A DNA stretch of 64,000 nucleotides. Source: Squalus acanthias. Lineage: Eukaryota. The position numbers were made by a program, and so were the translations under genes. The stretch lies in assembly GCA_030390025.1 (NCBI GenBank), contig CM059432.1, positions 19,160,001 through 19,224,000 on the forward strand, written 5' to 3'. Shown piece after piece: positions 1 to 11,542 of the stretch. Every line of letters begins with the position of its first letter. The first letter of the stretch is position 1. A model generated the notes under the pieces. The model was not told the origin of the DNA. It saw nothing but the letters and a program-made list of their open reading frames with translations, and ran no database searches.

Positions 1-951
1 AGGCAGCTCGCTGGCGAAGCGGATTAAAATTTCAGGTCACGGTGTCGCCGTGTGGCAGAACACAGTCATGCCCTCCCTTATGTTTGCAGCCTCTGCTCAA
101 CTGATGTGTGTGATACAGATAGGTATGTGTGATACACGGCGCACCTCTGGTGCAGCATGAACTATCTGGCATTCCACTATTGGTCTTCATTTTCTTCCTC
201 CAAAAAAAGTAATGAAAAGTAACACTTAGAAACATAGAAGATAGGAGCAGGAGTAGGCCATTCGGCCCTCGAGCCTGCTCCGCCATTCAATGCGATCATG
301 GCTGATCATCCAAATTCAGTACCCTGTCCCTGCTTTCTCCCCATATCCCTTTTTCCCTTTAGCCTTAAGAAATATATCCAACTCCTTCTTGAATCTATTT
401 AATGAATTGGCCTCTACTGCCTTCTGTGGCAGAGAATTCCATAGGTTCACCACTCTCTGGGTGAAGAAATTCCTCCTCATTTCTGTCCTAAATGGCTTAC
501 CCCTTATCCTTAGACTGTGACCCCTGGTTCTGGACTCCCCGACCATCGGGAACATCCTTCCTGCATCTAGTTTGTCCTGTCCTGTCCTGTCCTGTCAGAA
601 TTTTATAAGTTTCAATGAGATCCCCTCTCATTCTTCGAAACTCTAGCAAATATAAGCCTAATCGACCCAATCTCTCTTCATACGTCATTCCTGCCATCCC
701 AGGTATCAGTCTGGTGAATCTTCGCTGCACTCCCTCCATGGCAAGAACATCCTTCCTCAGATAAGGCGATCAAAACTGCACACAATACTCAAGGTGTGGT
801 CTCACCAAGGCCTTGTACAACTGCAGCAAGACATCCTTGCTCCTATACTCGAATCCTCTCGCTATGAAGGCCAACATACCATTTGCCTTCTTAACCGCCT
901 GCTGCACCTGCATGCTTACCTTCAGCGAATGGTGCACAAGGACTCCCAGAT

Positions 952-1394
952 TTCGTTTAGGCACCCTACAGCCCTCTGGACTCAATATCGAGTTCAACAA
1001 TTTTAGATCATAACCTCAGCCCCTATCACAATTATATTTTATTTTTTCATCCACCCTTTTGTTTGACCCCCCCCTTTTTTTTTCCTCCTCGAAGCTGGCA
1101 GGTGTCCTTCATTCTGCCAGTGCATTTCACACTTCATTTAGCCTCAACCTGTCACATTAACACCTCCTCTTGCCTTGATCATCTCTTAATGTCTCTCAAT
1201 GTCTCTTAATCTCTCCTTTTGTTCTTTCATCCCCTCCCCCTTTTCCCAGCTTTATCCTTGCTTTAAATCTATTTCATTTCCTGCTTTTTCCAGTTCTGAT
1301 GAAAGGTCTTCGACCTGAAACGTTAACTCTGTTTCTCTCTCCACGGATGCTGCCTGGCCTGCTGAGTTTTTCCAGCGTTTTCTGATGTTATTTC
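952..1394 (+). mobile_element. Penelope-like element 3' fragment (family A)
   Basis: 12-bp TSD GGACTCCCAGAT at 940-951 and 1395-1406; begins with FRLGTLQPSGLNIEFNNFRS*, resembling a GIY-YIG C-terminus; hammerhead motif in 3' UTR. Confidence 0.8.
1292..1328 (+). ncRNA. Minimal type-I hammerhead ribozyme motif (family A)
   Basis: AGTT-CTGATGA-A-AGGTC ttc GACCT-GAAAC-GT-T-AACT: complete core, stem I 4 bp, stem II 5 bp, loopless palindromic stem III. Confidence 0.75.
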
Positions 1395-2122
1395 GGACTC
1401 CCAGATCTCGTTGCACTTCCCCTTTTCCCAATCTATTCTCATTCAGATAATAATCTGTCTTCCTGTTTTTTGCCACCAAAGTGGATAACCTCGCATTTAT
1501 CCACATTATACTGCATCTGCCATGCATCTGCCCAATCACCCAACCTGTCCAAATCATACTGGAGTTTCTCTGCATCCTCCTCACAGCACACACGCCCACC
1601 CAGGTTTGTGTCATCTGCAAACTTAGAGATATTACATCTAGGTCCCTCGTCTAGATCATTAATATATATTGTGAATAGCTGGGGTCCTAGCACCGATCCC
1701 TGCAGTACCCCACTAGTCACTGCCTGCCACTCAGAAAAAGACCCGTTTATTCCAACTCTTTGCTTCCTGTCTGCCAACCAGTTCTCTATCCAAATCAGTT
1801 TCTTACCCCCAATCCCATGTGCTTTAACTTTGTACGCTAATCTCTTACGCGGGACCTTATCGAAAGCCTTCTGAAAGTCCAAATACACCACATCCACTGG
1901 TTCTCCCTTATCTATTCTACCAGTTACATCCTCAAAAAATTCCAGTAGATTAGTCAGGCATGATTTACCTTTTGTAAATCCATGTTGACTTTGTCGAATC
2001 CTGTCACTGTTTTCCAAGTGCTCAGCTATTACATCTTTTATAATGGACTCTAGCATTTTCCCCACAACCGATGTCAGGCTTACCGGTCTATAATTCCCCA
2101 TTTTTACTCTACCAGCTTTTTG

Positions 2123-2381
2123 AAAAGTGAGAAGTCGCACAACACCAGGTTATAGTCCAACAGCTTTATTTGAAATCACAAGCTTTCGGAGCACTGCTCC
2201 TTCGTCAGGTGAAGTGAAGAAATACAAATGGGCACAGCATTGTATTTCTTCACTTCACCTGACGAAGGAGCAGCGCTCCAAAAGCTTGTGATTTCAAATA
2301 AAGCTGTTGGACTATAACCTGGTGTTATGCGACTTCTCACTTTTGTCCACCCCAGTCCAGCACCGGCATCTCCGCATCATG
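2123..2381. mobile_element. Fold-back Penelope-like insertion (family B)
   Basis: ~105-bp inverted arms 2123-2227 / 2240-2344, 12-nt loop, unique 3' extension to 2381; interrupts the CR1 ORF2. Confidence 0.8.
2176..2212 (-). ncRNA. Minimal hammerhead ribozyme motif (family B); the mirror copy at 2255-2291 (+) has GAAA changed to AAAA
   Basis: Minus strand TCAC-CTGACGA-A-GGAGC agt GCTCC-GAAAG-CT-T-GTGA. Confidence 0.75.
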
Positions 2382-3134
2382 ACCTTTTTTAAATAGTGGG
2401 GTTACATTAGCTACCCTCCAATCCATGGGAACTGTTCCAGAGTCTATAGAATTTTGAAAGATCACCACCAATGCATCTACTATTTCTAGGGCCACTTCCT
2501 TAAGTTCCCTAGGATGTAGATTATCAGGCCCTGGGGATTTATCGGCCTTCAAACCCGTCAATTTCCCTAACACCATTTCCCTACAAATACTGATTTCATT
2601 CAATTCCTCCCTCTCATTAGACCCTATGTTCCCCGACATCTCTGGGAGGTTATTTGTGTCCTCCTTTGTGAAGACAGAACCAAAGTATGTATTTAATTGG
2701 TCTGCCATTTCTTTCTTCCCCATTATAAATTCCCCTGATTCTGACTGCAAGGGACCTACGCTTGACTTCACCAATCTTTTTCTCTTCACATATCTATAGA
2801 GGCTTTTACAGTCAGTTTTTATGTTCCCTGCAAGATTACTCTCATATTCTATTTTCCCCCTCTTAATTAATCCCTTTGTCCTCCTTTGCTGAATCCTAAA
2901 CTGCTCCCAATCCTCAGGCTTGCTGCTTTTTCTGGCCAATGTATATGTCCTCTCCTTGGATCTTATGCTATCCCTAATTTCCCTTGTTAGCCACGGTTGA
3001 GTCACGTTTTTTGTTTTATATTTATGCCAAACAGGGATGAACAAATTCTGGTGCCACTACTTTGTGATCAGCAGCTTGCTGGTCCTCACCTGTGAGAGGT
3101 GCTTCGCTGGTCCTGTCTCTCCAGACTTGCTTTA

Positions 3135-4110
3135 AGGTGTCAGCTTAGCCAAGAGGTAAATCCCTTGCCTCTGAATCAGAAGGTCATGGGGGAAAAATTG
3201 GGTATTGCCCATTTTAGGGCGCTAATATCGGCCGGGCGCAAAGTTTAGCGCCCGGCGCCAATTATCGCCTCCGACTGCAAAATTCACCTCTATCGCCCCT
3301 GGAGGTGATTTGAGTGCTAAATCAGGCGCTACACACCTCTCTTAAGCGAGGCGCTACCTCAGAACGCTACCGAAGCTCAGGTGATGTCAGTTACCATGGA
3401 AGCCAGACAGACTGGCGCCGTCCAGTTCTTAAAGGGGAGGGGCCATCTTGCTGGCCAGCCACACCCTATTGATTGCTGCCTTGAATCTTGGCCTGGAGAG
3501 ACCGCAAAAGCAATTGTGTTGGAAGCACTAATGGATAGGCCCAGGGAAAGAGCTCGGCGCTTAGGAACCTCAAATGTGGTGCTGAGGACCAAATCTCCTT
3601 AGGACAGCGTTAAATCTCTCCAGATGTCTCTCTCCTTCTCAACCTGCGTGTACCAAAGATTTTGCTGACAAGAAAAGGCAGGAAGCACCCGCCTTTAAAT
3701 AGCGCTCCCCCAGCCCCTTCCCGACTTGAAAACGTTCCCCTCTACCTGTCGTTCCTTGCGGCAGGCGCTAAGGCAGGGGGCGCGACTCAATATCCGGTCC
3801 GGGGCGCTCCTGGGGCGTCACTGACGTCACGATCTGCAGGTGCAGGAGATCGTGACGGTAGTGTTTAGCCCCATCACAAAACGACTGGTCAATTTTCGCG
3901 AGCGGCGCTAAAATCGCCACGCTCGGGCGCTAAGTTCCTAGCGCCCCGGAGGCGCTAACAGGAGGCGCTAACCAACCGAATTATTCCCCCCACGAGTTTT
4001 AGCCCAATCCAGGACTTGAGCATGCAATCTGTGCTGACACTTCAATGAAGTGTTGAGAGAGTGTTGCATTGTCAGAGGTGCCATTTTCAGATGGGATAGT
4101 GCTTCAGCAA
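3135..4110 (+). mobile_element. Decayed tRNA-derived SINE split by a Harbinger MITE
   Basis: Head 3135-3187 and body 3991-4110 resemble the SINE at 57857-58288. Confidence 0.6.
3188..3990. mobile_element. PIF/Harbinger-type MITE (GC-rich, GGCGCTAA-rich)
   Basis: TIR GGGGGAAAAATT / AATTATTCCCCC; 3-bp TSD CAT/CAC; inverted homolog at 52282-53173. Confidence 0.85.
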
Positions 4111-4246
4111 AAGCTCCTGACTAAGTGGAAACAGAAAAAAGATAAATGGTAAAGAAATAGTGAATAATTTTCTGGCTTTGAGTTACTGGAGAACCTCACC
4201 TGCTAACAGTGCATCTCAAAAAAATCATAGGCAGCGCTCCTGGCCC

Positions 4247-4650
4247 ACAGCAACAACAAGACAACAACACTTGTATTTATATAGCGCCTTTAATGTAGTT
4301 AAACGTCCCAAGGCGCTTCACAGGAGCATTATAAAACAAAATATGACACCGAGCCACATAAGGAGATATTAGGGCAGGTGACCAAAAGCTTGGCCAAAGT
4401 GGTAGGTTTTAAGGAGCGTCTTGAAGGAGGAAAGAGAGGTAGAGAGGCGAAGAGGTTTAGACAGGGAATTCCAGAGCTTAGGGCCTTGGCAGCTGATGGC
4501 ACGGCCACCAATGGCGGAGCGATTAAAATCGGGGATGCTCAAGAGGCCAGAATTAGAGGAACGAAGAGATCTCGGAGGGTTGTAGGGCTGGAGGAGATTA
4601 CAAGGATAGGGAGGGGCGAGGCCATGGAGGGATTTGAGAACAACAATTGA
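4247..4650 (-). mobile_element. L2-clade LINE 3' fragment
   Basis: Minus-strand end GGCGCTATATAAATACAAG plus (TTG)n; near-duplicate at 29527-29825. Confidence 0.75.
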
Positions 4651-4805
4651 TAGATGTCAACATATTTGGCAACAGCAATACAACTTCTCCAAAAACAAGT
4701 CAGAAATAGGCTCAAAATTGATGTGATCAATGTCGGTGTTAGACTCTTCCACCTTTTGTCAAGCACCTAGCAACCCTGGCCCAGGCAAGAGGAATAGGCG
4801 GAGAA

Positions 4806-5186
4806 ACAGTTGAGTTTTAGACTCAGTTTCAGGACTTGAGCATACACTAGGCAGATGCTGCAGTGAAGTGTTCAGGAAGCGCTGCATTGCCAGAGGTGCT
4901 GTTTTCAGATGGGATGTCAAACCCTGTTTACTTATTCAGGTAGACATAAAAGATCCCGTGGCACTACTTAAAGAGGAGTAGGGAGTTCACCAACACCGCC
5001 AAAATAGATTAACAACTCATTTATCTTATTTGCTGTTTGTGAGACTTTGCTCTGCGCAAATTGGCTGCTGCACTTACCTACATAACAACAGTGACTACAG
5101 TTCAAAAATAATTAATTTGCAGTGAAGTACTTCAGGATGTCCTGAAGATGTGAAAGATGCTATATAAATGCACATTTTTTTTCTTC
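4806..5186 (+). mobile_element. Decayed tRNA-derived SINE with L2-like tail
   Basis: Similar along its length to 57857-58288. Confidence 0.65.
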
Positions 5187-5342
5187 TTTATGTAAATACC
5201 TTGGGCTTCTCGTACCAGGTGGAGCATCTGGTGCGATCTACCATGATGAGAACAACGTGTAGGAGAAAAAAGCGAAATATGTGTTACTATGGCTTCAGGA
5301 CAGAATACCTTGCTCCTGTAACAAAGGCCAATATATGCCAAA

Positions 5343-5487
5343 AATTTCCTCAGGGATTCTCCCGATCGGCCACCCTAATCTAGACGGAAGATTGATGGAA
5401 AACCCAGACGCGCCACGTAAACAGGTTTTCCTGCCAATCTTCCGCAGAATGTTCCAGCGGCCAATCGGAAGAATCCCTGAGGAAATT
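5343..5487. mobile_element. Short palindromic MITE
   Basis: 29-bp terminal inverted repeat (27/29 match) plus an inner inverted pair. Confidence 0.7.
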
Positions 5488-5609
5488 ATATATATTTTGT
5501 AAAATGCTTGCTGTAATTGTATAGCAAGTTTGCTTGGGAGCTTTGTGTGGTACATTCCTGAGGGTGCTACAACTTATAATTTTGGCTCATGCCATGGCTA
5601 CTATGGTCC

Positions 5610-5850
5610 AGTATTAATACTTGGGCACTCCTCCTGATTCCGTTAAACTTTTTCCTTATTTGTAACCATGTCCTACAGGCTTGTGATATTTCATTCACTT
5701 TCTCAGCTACTTCCATCCATGCAGCCACACTAGAAGGTGGCTTCCCACTCCAAACATTGTTACCATTCTCCATTGCATTCTCCTGCATTCGCACCTCCAA
5801 TGCATCTTTCTGAAAAGAGGCAGCTCTTCCCTCATTGCATCTGGGTTCAA
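5610..5850 (-). pseudogene. Myb/SANT-like (Harbinger DNA-binding gene) exon remnant
   Basis: AAWMEVAEKVN...RTWLQIRKKFNGI in ORF 5567-5944 parallels the Myb exons at 12970-13195 and 62860-63099. Confidence 0.65.
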
Positions 5851-6548
5851 TTGCAACTTCAACAAAAACTGTTCTCGAAATACTGAAAGAAGGATGCCCC
5901 TTTAAGGGTGAGCAGCAGCTGTTTAACAGTTGCTGCTTTCCCAATAATCCTTCCCTTCAGCCAAACACAATTCCAGCCTTGCTCCCAGCACCAGTTGGAA
6001 GCCAATTGCAATTATTAAAAGGGGGATAGCCTCTAGCCTCTAGCCTTTTCATTTTCAGCAAGGCCAGCCTCATTGTTACCAGCAAAGGTGCATCCTTGCC
6101 ATGCATAAGCACAGCTCCAAACATGTCAACATAACAAATTTGGATCTCATTAGTCAGGGGATGCCATTCTAAAACTGTAAGGTGCAATGGTTGGACCACA
6201 CCTTGAGTACTTATCCTAGTTTTGGTCATTTAAACACATGGGAAATATTCACGGTCTAGAGTGGTGCAGAGGAGAGTTTTGTAACTGATCTCCAGTGTCT
6301 GAGGGTGAATCTATGAGGGTAGACTCGAGAAATTAGGGCTCTTAGACTTTGAAAGAAAATAACTGTGAGGAAACCTAAATATGTAAGATGGCATGGAAAA
6401 GGTACATCCAGGTTACTGCTTTAAGGTAAACCGCGACAGTAGGACAGCCTAGTGAAAGGTGAATTTAGGTCAGATGTCAGGAAGAATTTCTTCACACAAT
6501 GAGTAATCAACCCTTGGAATAGATCAGATCAGTTACAGTAGTGGAGGT

Positions 6549-7328
6549 TGTTGTTGTTGTTTTGTATCTTCGTGTTCTTCCCTTGGAGAACAGCATGTAG
6601 TAATGAAAGGATTCACAGGCTGATTAACAGTCTGATAGACCATAACGATCTTTATACCAGCTGATAGGGTGGTTAATCCTATATAGCAGGTGAATTTTTT
6701 GGATTCCTACAACTCATATGATGACCGGGGTAGGGGGCACCACACCCACCAGATGTGACTACCCTGCTGGATGTCAAACCAGAATTCATATCTGGAACTC
6801 TTATCTCCTCCAGCTAGAGCTAGGGTACGGTAGCATAGTGGTTATGTTACTGGACTAGCAATCCATAAGACTTGGACTAATAATTCATGAGACGTGAGTT
6901 CAAATGGCAGCTGGGGAATTTTAAATTCAGTTAATTAAATAAATCTGGAATAAATAGCTAGTGTCAGTAATGGTGACCATGAAACGACCAGATTGTCGTA
7001 AAAACCCATCTGGTTCACTACTGTCCTTTTCAGGAAAGAAATCTGCCGTCCTTACCCGGTCTGGACTATATGTGACTCCAGACCCACAGCAATGTGTTTG
7101 ACTCTTAACCGCCCTCTGAAATAGCCTGAGGCAAGCCTTTCAGTTGTACCAAACTGCTACAAAGGAATACTGCAGCAGTTCAAGAGTGTGGCTCACCACC
7201 ACCTTCGCCAGGGCAATTAGGGATGGGCAATAAATGCTGGTCCTTGCCAGCAATGCCCACATCCCTTGAACGAATAAAAAATAAACATTCCGAGGCTGGA
7301 ATGCTACCATTAAGTCAAAGGCTCACTC
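6549..7328 (-). mobile_element. Short retroposon with (AAC)n tail, itself interrupted by an HE1 SINE
   Basis: TSD CAGTAGTGGAGGT at 6536-6548 and 7329-7341; (GTT)n at the left end. Confidence 0.65.
6823..7285 (+). mobile_element. HE1-type SINE, near full length
   Basis: tRNA-like head (GGTAGCATAGTGG; GAGTTCAAAT), conserved core, HER1-like 3' end with A-rich tail. Confidence 0.85.
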
Positions 7329-7847
7329 CAGTAGTGGAGGTGAAAATCTTGCAGTCATTCAAGATCCAACTTCCAGCATCCACCCATCTGCAGGCCCAAT
7401 GTTCTTGCATCTCCATTGCTCTCATTTTTTAAACCACCTTTTCTTTTTCTTTTTGATTTTGTGGGAGCGGGTTAGAGTTTTTTTCCCCCCCCCTTACCCA
7501 TATTTTCTTTCAAGAAAGTAAAGATTAAAGACAAGCAGATTACATGTTGCAGCAGGAAAATGAGCAAACAATCAATGAGGCAGGTAAAATCAATTTATTA
7601 AACTTAACGTTAAAAAAATCTTTTGTTACAAAAATGTTATGTACTGCTTTTCACACTGATGTGGTACTAATGTATATTTGCACGAAAATCAGGGAAGGCA
7701 CATCTAATTTAGTTGGAGCAAAACTTTTAAGCACTCAAGCAAAATAATTTTTTGTAACCACATCCTCTTAAGTGCTCCACTCATGCCACTACTCCTCCCA
7801 CGGGTATAAGTAACCAAAACCAGCACTGCGTTATATTTATAATTCCA

Positions 7848-8350
7848 AGTGTCAGCTTGTCTCAGTGGGAGCACTCTCACCTCCAAGTTAGAAGGTTGTG
7901 AGTTCAAACACAACTCCTGGAAGTTGAGCGTTCTATCTAAGCTGACATGTAAAGCAGCATTTAGGGAGTGTTGTATTGTGGGAGGTGCTGTATTTTGGAT
8001 GTAAAGTTAAGTCGACTCCTGGGTCCGGTGGCACTATTTGAAGAATGGCAGGGAGTTCTTCTGGTGTCCTTGGCCAACATCTGATGTCCTCTAAACCATC
8101 ATCACCAAACATTAGATTAACTGGACCTGGTCATATATCTGATTTGCTCTTTGTGGGCCTTTGCTGTGCAAAAATTGCCGACTTAATTTGTCTACATTGC
8201 AAGAGTGACTACACTTCAAAAGTACTTCACTGGCTGTAAAGCACTTTGGGACATCCGGTGGTCGCGAAAGGCGCTATATAAATCCAAGTCTTTCTTTTAC
8301 ATAACACCAGTGGCTACACTTCAAAAGCAATTAATTGGATGTGAAGTACC
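7848..8350 (+). mobile_element. tRNA-derived SINE with L2-like tail
   Basis: A/B-box head (GAGTTCAAAC); tail GGCGCTATATAAATCCAAGTCTTTC. Confidence 0.7.
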
Positions 8351-8620
8351 TATGCTTCTTCCTCACCCTGTCTCACTATGTGACTGAGCTTCTCTATCTT
8401 TTTACATCAGACTTGATCTCCATCTCTCTCCTTGTTTCGGAACCTTTCTATCGCCAAGTGTTTGTACAACTGTCTCGCTCCCTGTGTGTATGAAACATTT
8501 GGTTATAAGGAGAGACTTGAGATGCTGGGACTATTTCTGCTGCAGCAGAGAATGTTAAGAGATTTAATAGAGGTTTTTAAACTCATGAAGGATATTGATG
8601 AAGTGAATAGGGAAAGGTTC

Positions 8621-9175
8621 TAAGTGGAATTTTAGCTCCCTCTACCCATTAAAATCCAAGCAGTACACTTTAACGCCACTGTGTTCTTGGGCAGCTGAGA
8701 AGCCCACCTAAAATAGGTACGAGCCTCATAAATCTATGCAAATTGAGGTCCTACCACTTAGCTAAGACCCGGATGTTCTTTTACCTGCCTATTAAGCATG
8801 GCGCCGGCCGTGGACGCCCCTCTCAGTAAAACCTGGTGGACACCCAGCAGAGGCTTAGTGTAAAATTTATCTTTGTGGAGCCCAGAGGAGCAGCTGCAAA
8901 ACCCTGCCGAACAGCACCCCCTCCCCACCAACTCCCCACCGCCACCCACCCCCCCCCACATCCCCCCACCCCGTCCAGGCAAATTTACCCGAGTGCCTTT
9001 GGGTCGCCCAATCTTCGTAGGCCCAAAGCTGGCGAGCTGCCTCTGGAGGCCCATTTCAGGTGGCCAGGTGGCCGGAGGGATGCTAATAAGGCCCAACTGT
9101 TAAAATTAACCAGAACTCCCACTGGAGCTCCGGGCAGGCCATCCACACATCCCGCCTAGGAGTTAAAATGCCCCC
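8621..9175. mobile_element. Harbinger-type MITE inside an old CR1 fragment
   Basis: Imperfect TIR (GGAATTTTAGCTCC / GGAGTTAAAATGCCCCC); GC-rich interior; CR1 sequence at 8500-8620 resumes after it. Confidence 0.55.
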
Positions 9176-9205
9176 TTATTTCTTGTGGTTGGGAGTCAGT
9201 TTAAC

Positions 9206-9297
9206 ATGGATACAGTACTAGTGTACATTCTCACTCTGATATAGTACTGGTGCATATTCTCACACTGAGAGTACTAGCATATATTCTTAACATGGTA
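9206..9297. repeat. Imperfect ~30-bp minisatellite, about 3 units
   Basis: Repeated AGTACT(A/G)G...ATTCT units. Confidence 0.6.
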
Positions 9298-9311
9298 CAA
9301 ACCCTGCTGGT

Positions 9312-9870
9312 TAGCACTGGTTAGGCCACAACTGGAGTATTGCATCCAGTTCTGGTCACCACACTTTCGGAAGGATGTGAAAGCACTTGAGGGGGTGCAG
9401 AGGAGATTTACCAGAATGGTTCCGGGGATGGGGGATCTTAGCTACAAGGACAGGTTGGAGAAGCTGGATTTGTTTTCATTAGAGCAAAGGAGGTTGAGGG
9501 GTGATTTGATAGAGGTGTACAAGATTATGACGGGTTTGGATAGGCTAGATGGGGAAAGGCTGTTCCCACTAGTTGATGGTACAAGGACTAGGGGACACAG
9601 ATTTAAGGTTTTGGGCAAGAGATACAGGGGGGATGTGAGGGAAAACTTTTTTACGCAGCGAGTGGTGAGGACCTGGAACTCGCTGCCGACGGAAGTGGTG
9701 GAAGCGGAGACACTCAATGTTTTCAAGGGGAGACTAGATAGGCACTTGAGGGAAATAAACTTGCAGAGCTACGGGGATAGAGCGGGGGAATGGGACTGAC
9801 TGGATTGCTCTACAGAGAGCCGGCATGGACTCGATGGGCCGAATGGCCTCCTTCTGTGCCTTATGACTCT
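9312..9870 (+). mobile_element. CR1 3' fragment
   Basis: ORF 9377-9799 is the CR1 ORF2 C-terminus ([19 protein letters not shown]), followed by 3' UTR. Confidence 0.92.
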
Positions 9871-9872
9871 CT

Positions 9873-10010
9873 ATAAAAACAGAAAATGCTGGAAATACTC
9901 AGCAGGTCAGGCAACATCTGTGGAGAGAGAAACAGAGTTAACGTTTCAGGGCGATGACCTTTCATCAGAACTGGAAAACATTAGAGATATAACAGGTTTT
10001 AAGCAAGTGC
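9873..10010 (-). mobile_element. Penelope-like family A fragment with hammerhead motif at 9936-9972
   Basis: Minus strand AGTT-CTGATGA-A-AGGTC atc GCCCT-GAAAC-GTT-AACT; homologous to 1260-1390. Confidence 0.75.
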
Positions 10011-11542
10011 TTAACACGGTGTATTTGTACAATAATTTAACATGCTCTTGGTCTGAGGGGGAACAAGGGTTGGGTGCAGCACAGTTCTATAGGGGCCCGC
10101 AGAGGCTATTCCACTCTCTCCAGGGTATTTTTTGAATCATTTGTTACCACATTCATGATGTCAATCATTGAAAAGGATTTTTCTTAAATGGCTGTACTTT
10201 GGGAGAAACATTGGTGTAATTAAAAAGAATCCAATCAATTAATGGACGAATTTCTTGTGACCTGTTGGCCTTCTTTTAGCGCTACCTGGTTGTCAGTTGT
10301 AGACAGAGAGCATTTCTACAGTGACCTTACCGAATTAAACTGCCAAACAGAATCATCTCTGCCATATTAATGCCTCATTAATCTTTCTCCCCTTGGTGCA
10401 CGTTGTTCACTAATTCTTCTACAAAATCACCCTGGATTACATTTAAAATTTTAATTAATCGAAGAGTTAGAGGGTGGTAGCCTGCATCTTCTAATGCAAA
10501 TCAGTACTTCTATTTGAAAGCCAGCCACAGAGGAGAGATCTTTCTTCAGCCCTGGCTCGCGTACAAGTAAAAGATTAAAACATTAATTTTTGGGGCTTTT
10601 CTCAAATTTACTTCTGAGTGCTTGCAGTATCCCACAGCTATGAAGGAACTGCTGGCAGATTAGGCAAAAATGTTGTTTATTCACCTGCAAAATGGAAGGT
10701 TTCCTCAAGAGCTTTCAACAGGATTTTCCAAAATAAAAGGTTTTATTTATTGTGACAACCCGTTTTTCTATCATCGCCTTTTTTTTTTCCCCCCTGAAAA
10801 AGAAATCTGGCTTTGGAATAAATCCATTTAACAGACAGTCATATCTATAAGTACCAGGTCTGTCGGAGTCTTTCAGTGCAAAATTAAAATCTGAGCCACT
10901 GCCAATTTTCCATCAGCCCCATTATTCAGATGTCTGTGTTTTACTTTGAATTGTCGGTTCTAATTTAAAATATGATGTGTGAAATCAAAGACCTCCTAGA
11001 ATTAGTGACACGTGATTGGGGATGAATCTGAGAGAAAGGGAAAAAAAATCTGGAATATCTAGAACATTCTGAGAAGTGGTAGCAGGCAATGGGCTCTTTG
11101 ATTTAAAAAATAGCATAATTATTTGATTGTGGCTTGAAGGAAAAAGGACAGACTATATTTCCCAAATCGTTAATAACACAGTTTCATCTTAATCCAAAAT
11201 TAATTTGTTTTTGAAAGGTTAATATTTTACTTTAAAGATAACGAAAGTTCTATCATTACTTTAATAATAAAATTAAAAATGACTCTCATTCATCTTACTT
11301 TGGTGTCAAAAGACAGTGCCTGCTTATATTGTTCTGATGCACATTAGTGTATGCAGCTTTGATATTATGGCCCAGTGTAAACATTCTGATTATTAAGAGT
11401 TTTGATTGAGTGAATAGGGACAGACTATTTCCTCGAGATGGGAAGTCAGTGACAATGGGTCATCAATTTAACAATGTCACTAAGAGATTGCCTGAATTGT
11501 GTATGGCAGGTATTATAAGATAGGATATTTCTGAAACACTAA

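Larger units (their letters stand above)
228..3043 (-). mobile_element. 5'-truncated CR1-clade LINE (RT ORF2 remnant + 3' UTR), interrupted by two Penelope-like insertions
   Basis: ORF pieces 2337-3044, 1439-2140 (YLDFQKAFD, QGSVLGP, FADD), 770-1000, 497-739 and 316-555 are collinear CR1 ORF2; 3' tail at 228-240. Confidence 0.95.
6190..7370 (+). mobile_element. Old CR1 3' fragment (6190-6548, resuming at 7329), host of nested insertions
   Basis: Degenerate CR1 ORF2 C-terminal sequence; split by 13-bp TSD CAGTAGTGGAGGT. Confidence 0.6.

Noticed and set aside
290..1874. Plus-strand ORFs overlapping CR1 (also 35507-35722, 43272-43529, 44160-44498 and similar)
   Set aside because: Antisense shadows of LINE ORF2, not independent genes
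6823..6910. tRNA gene
   Set aside because: SINE head without a complete cloverleaf
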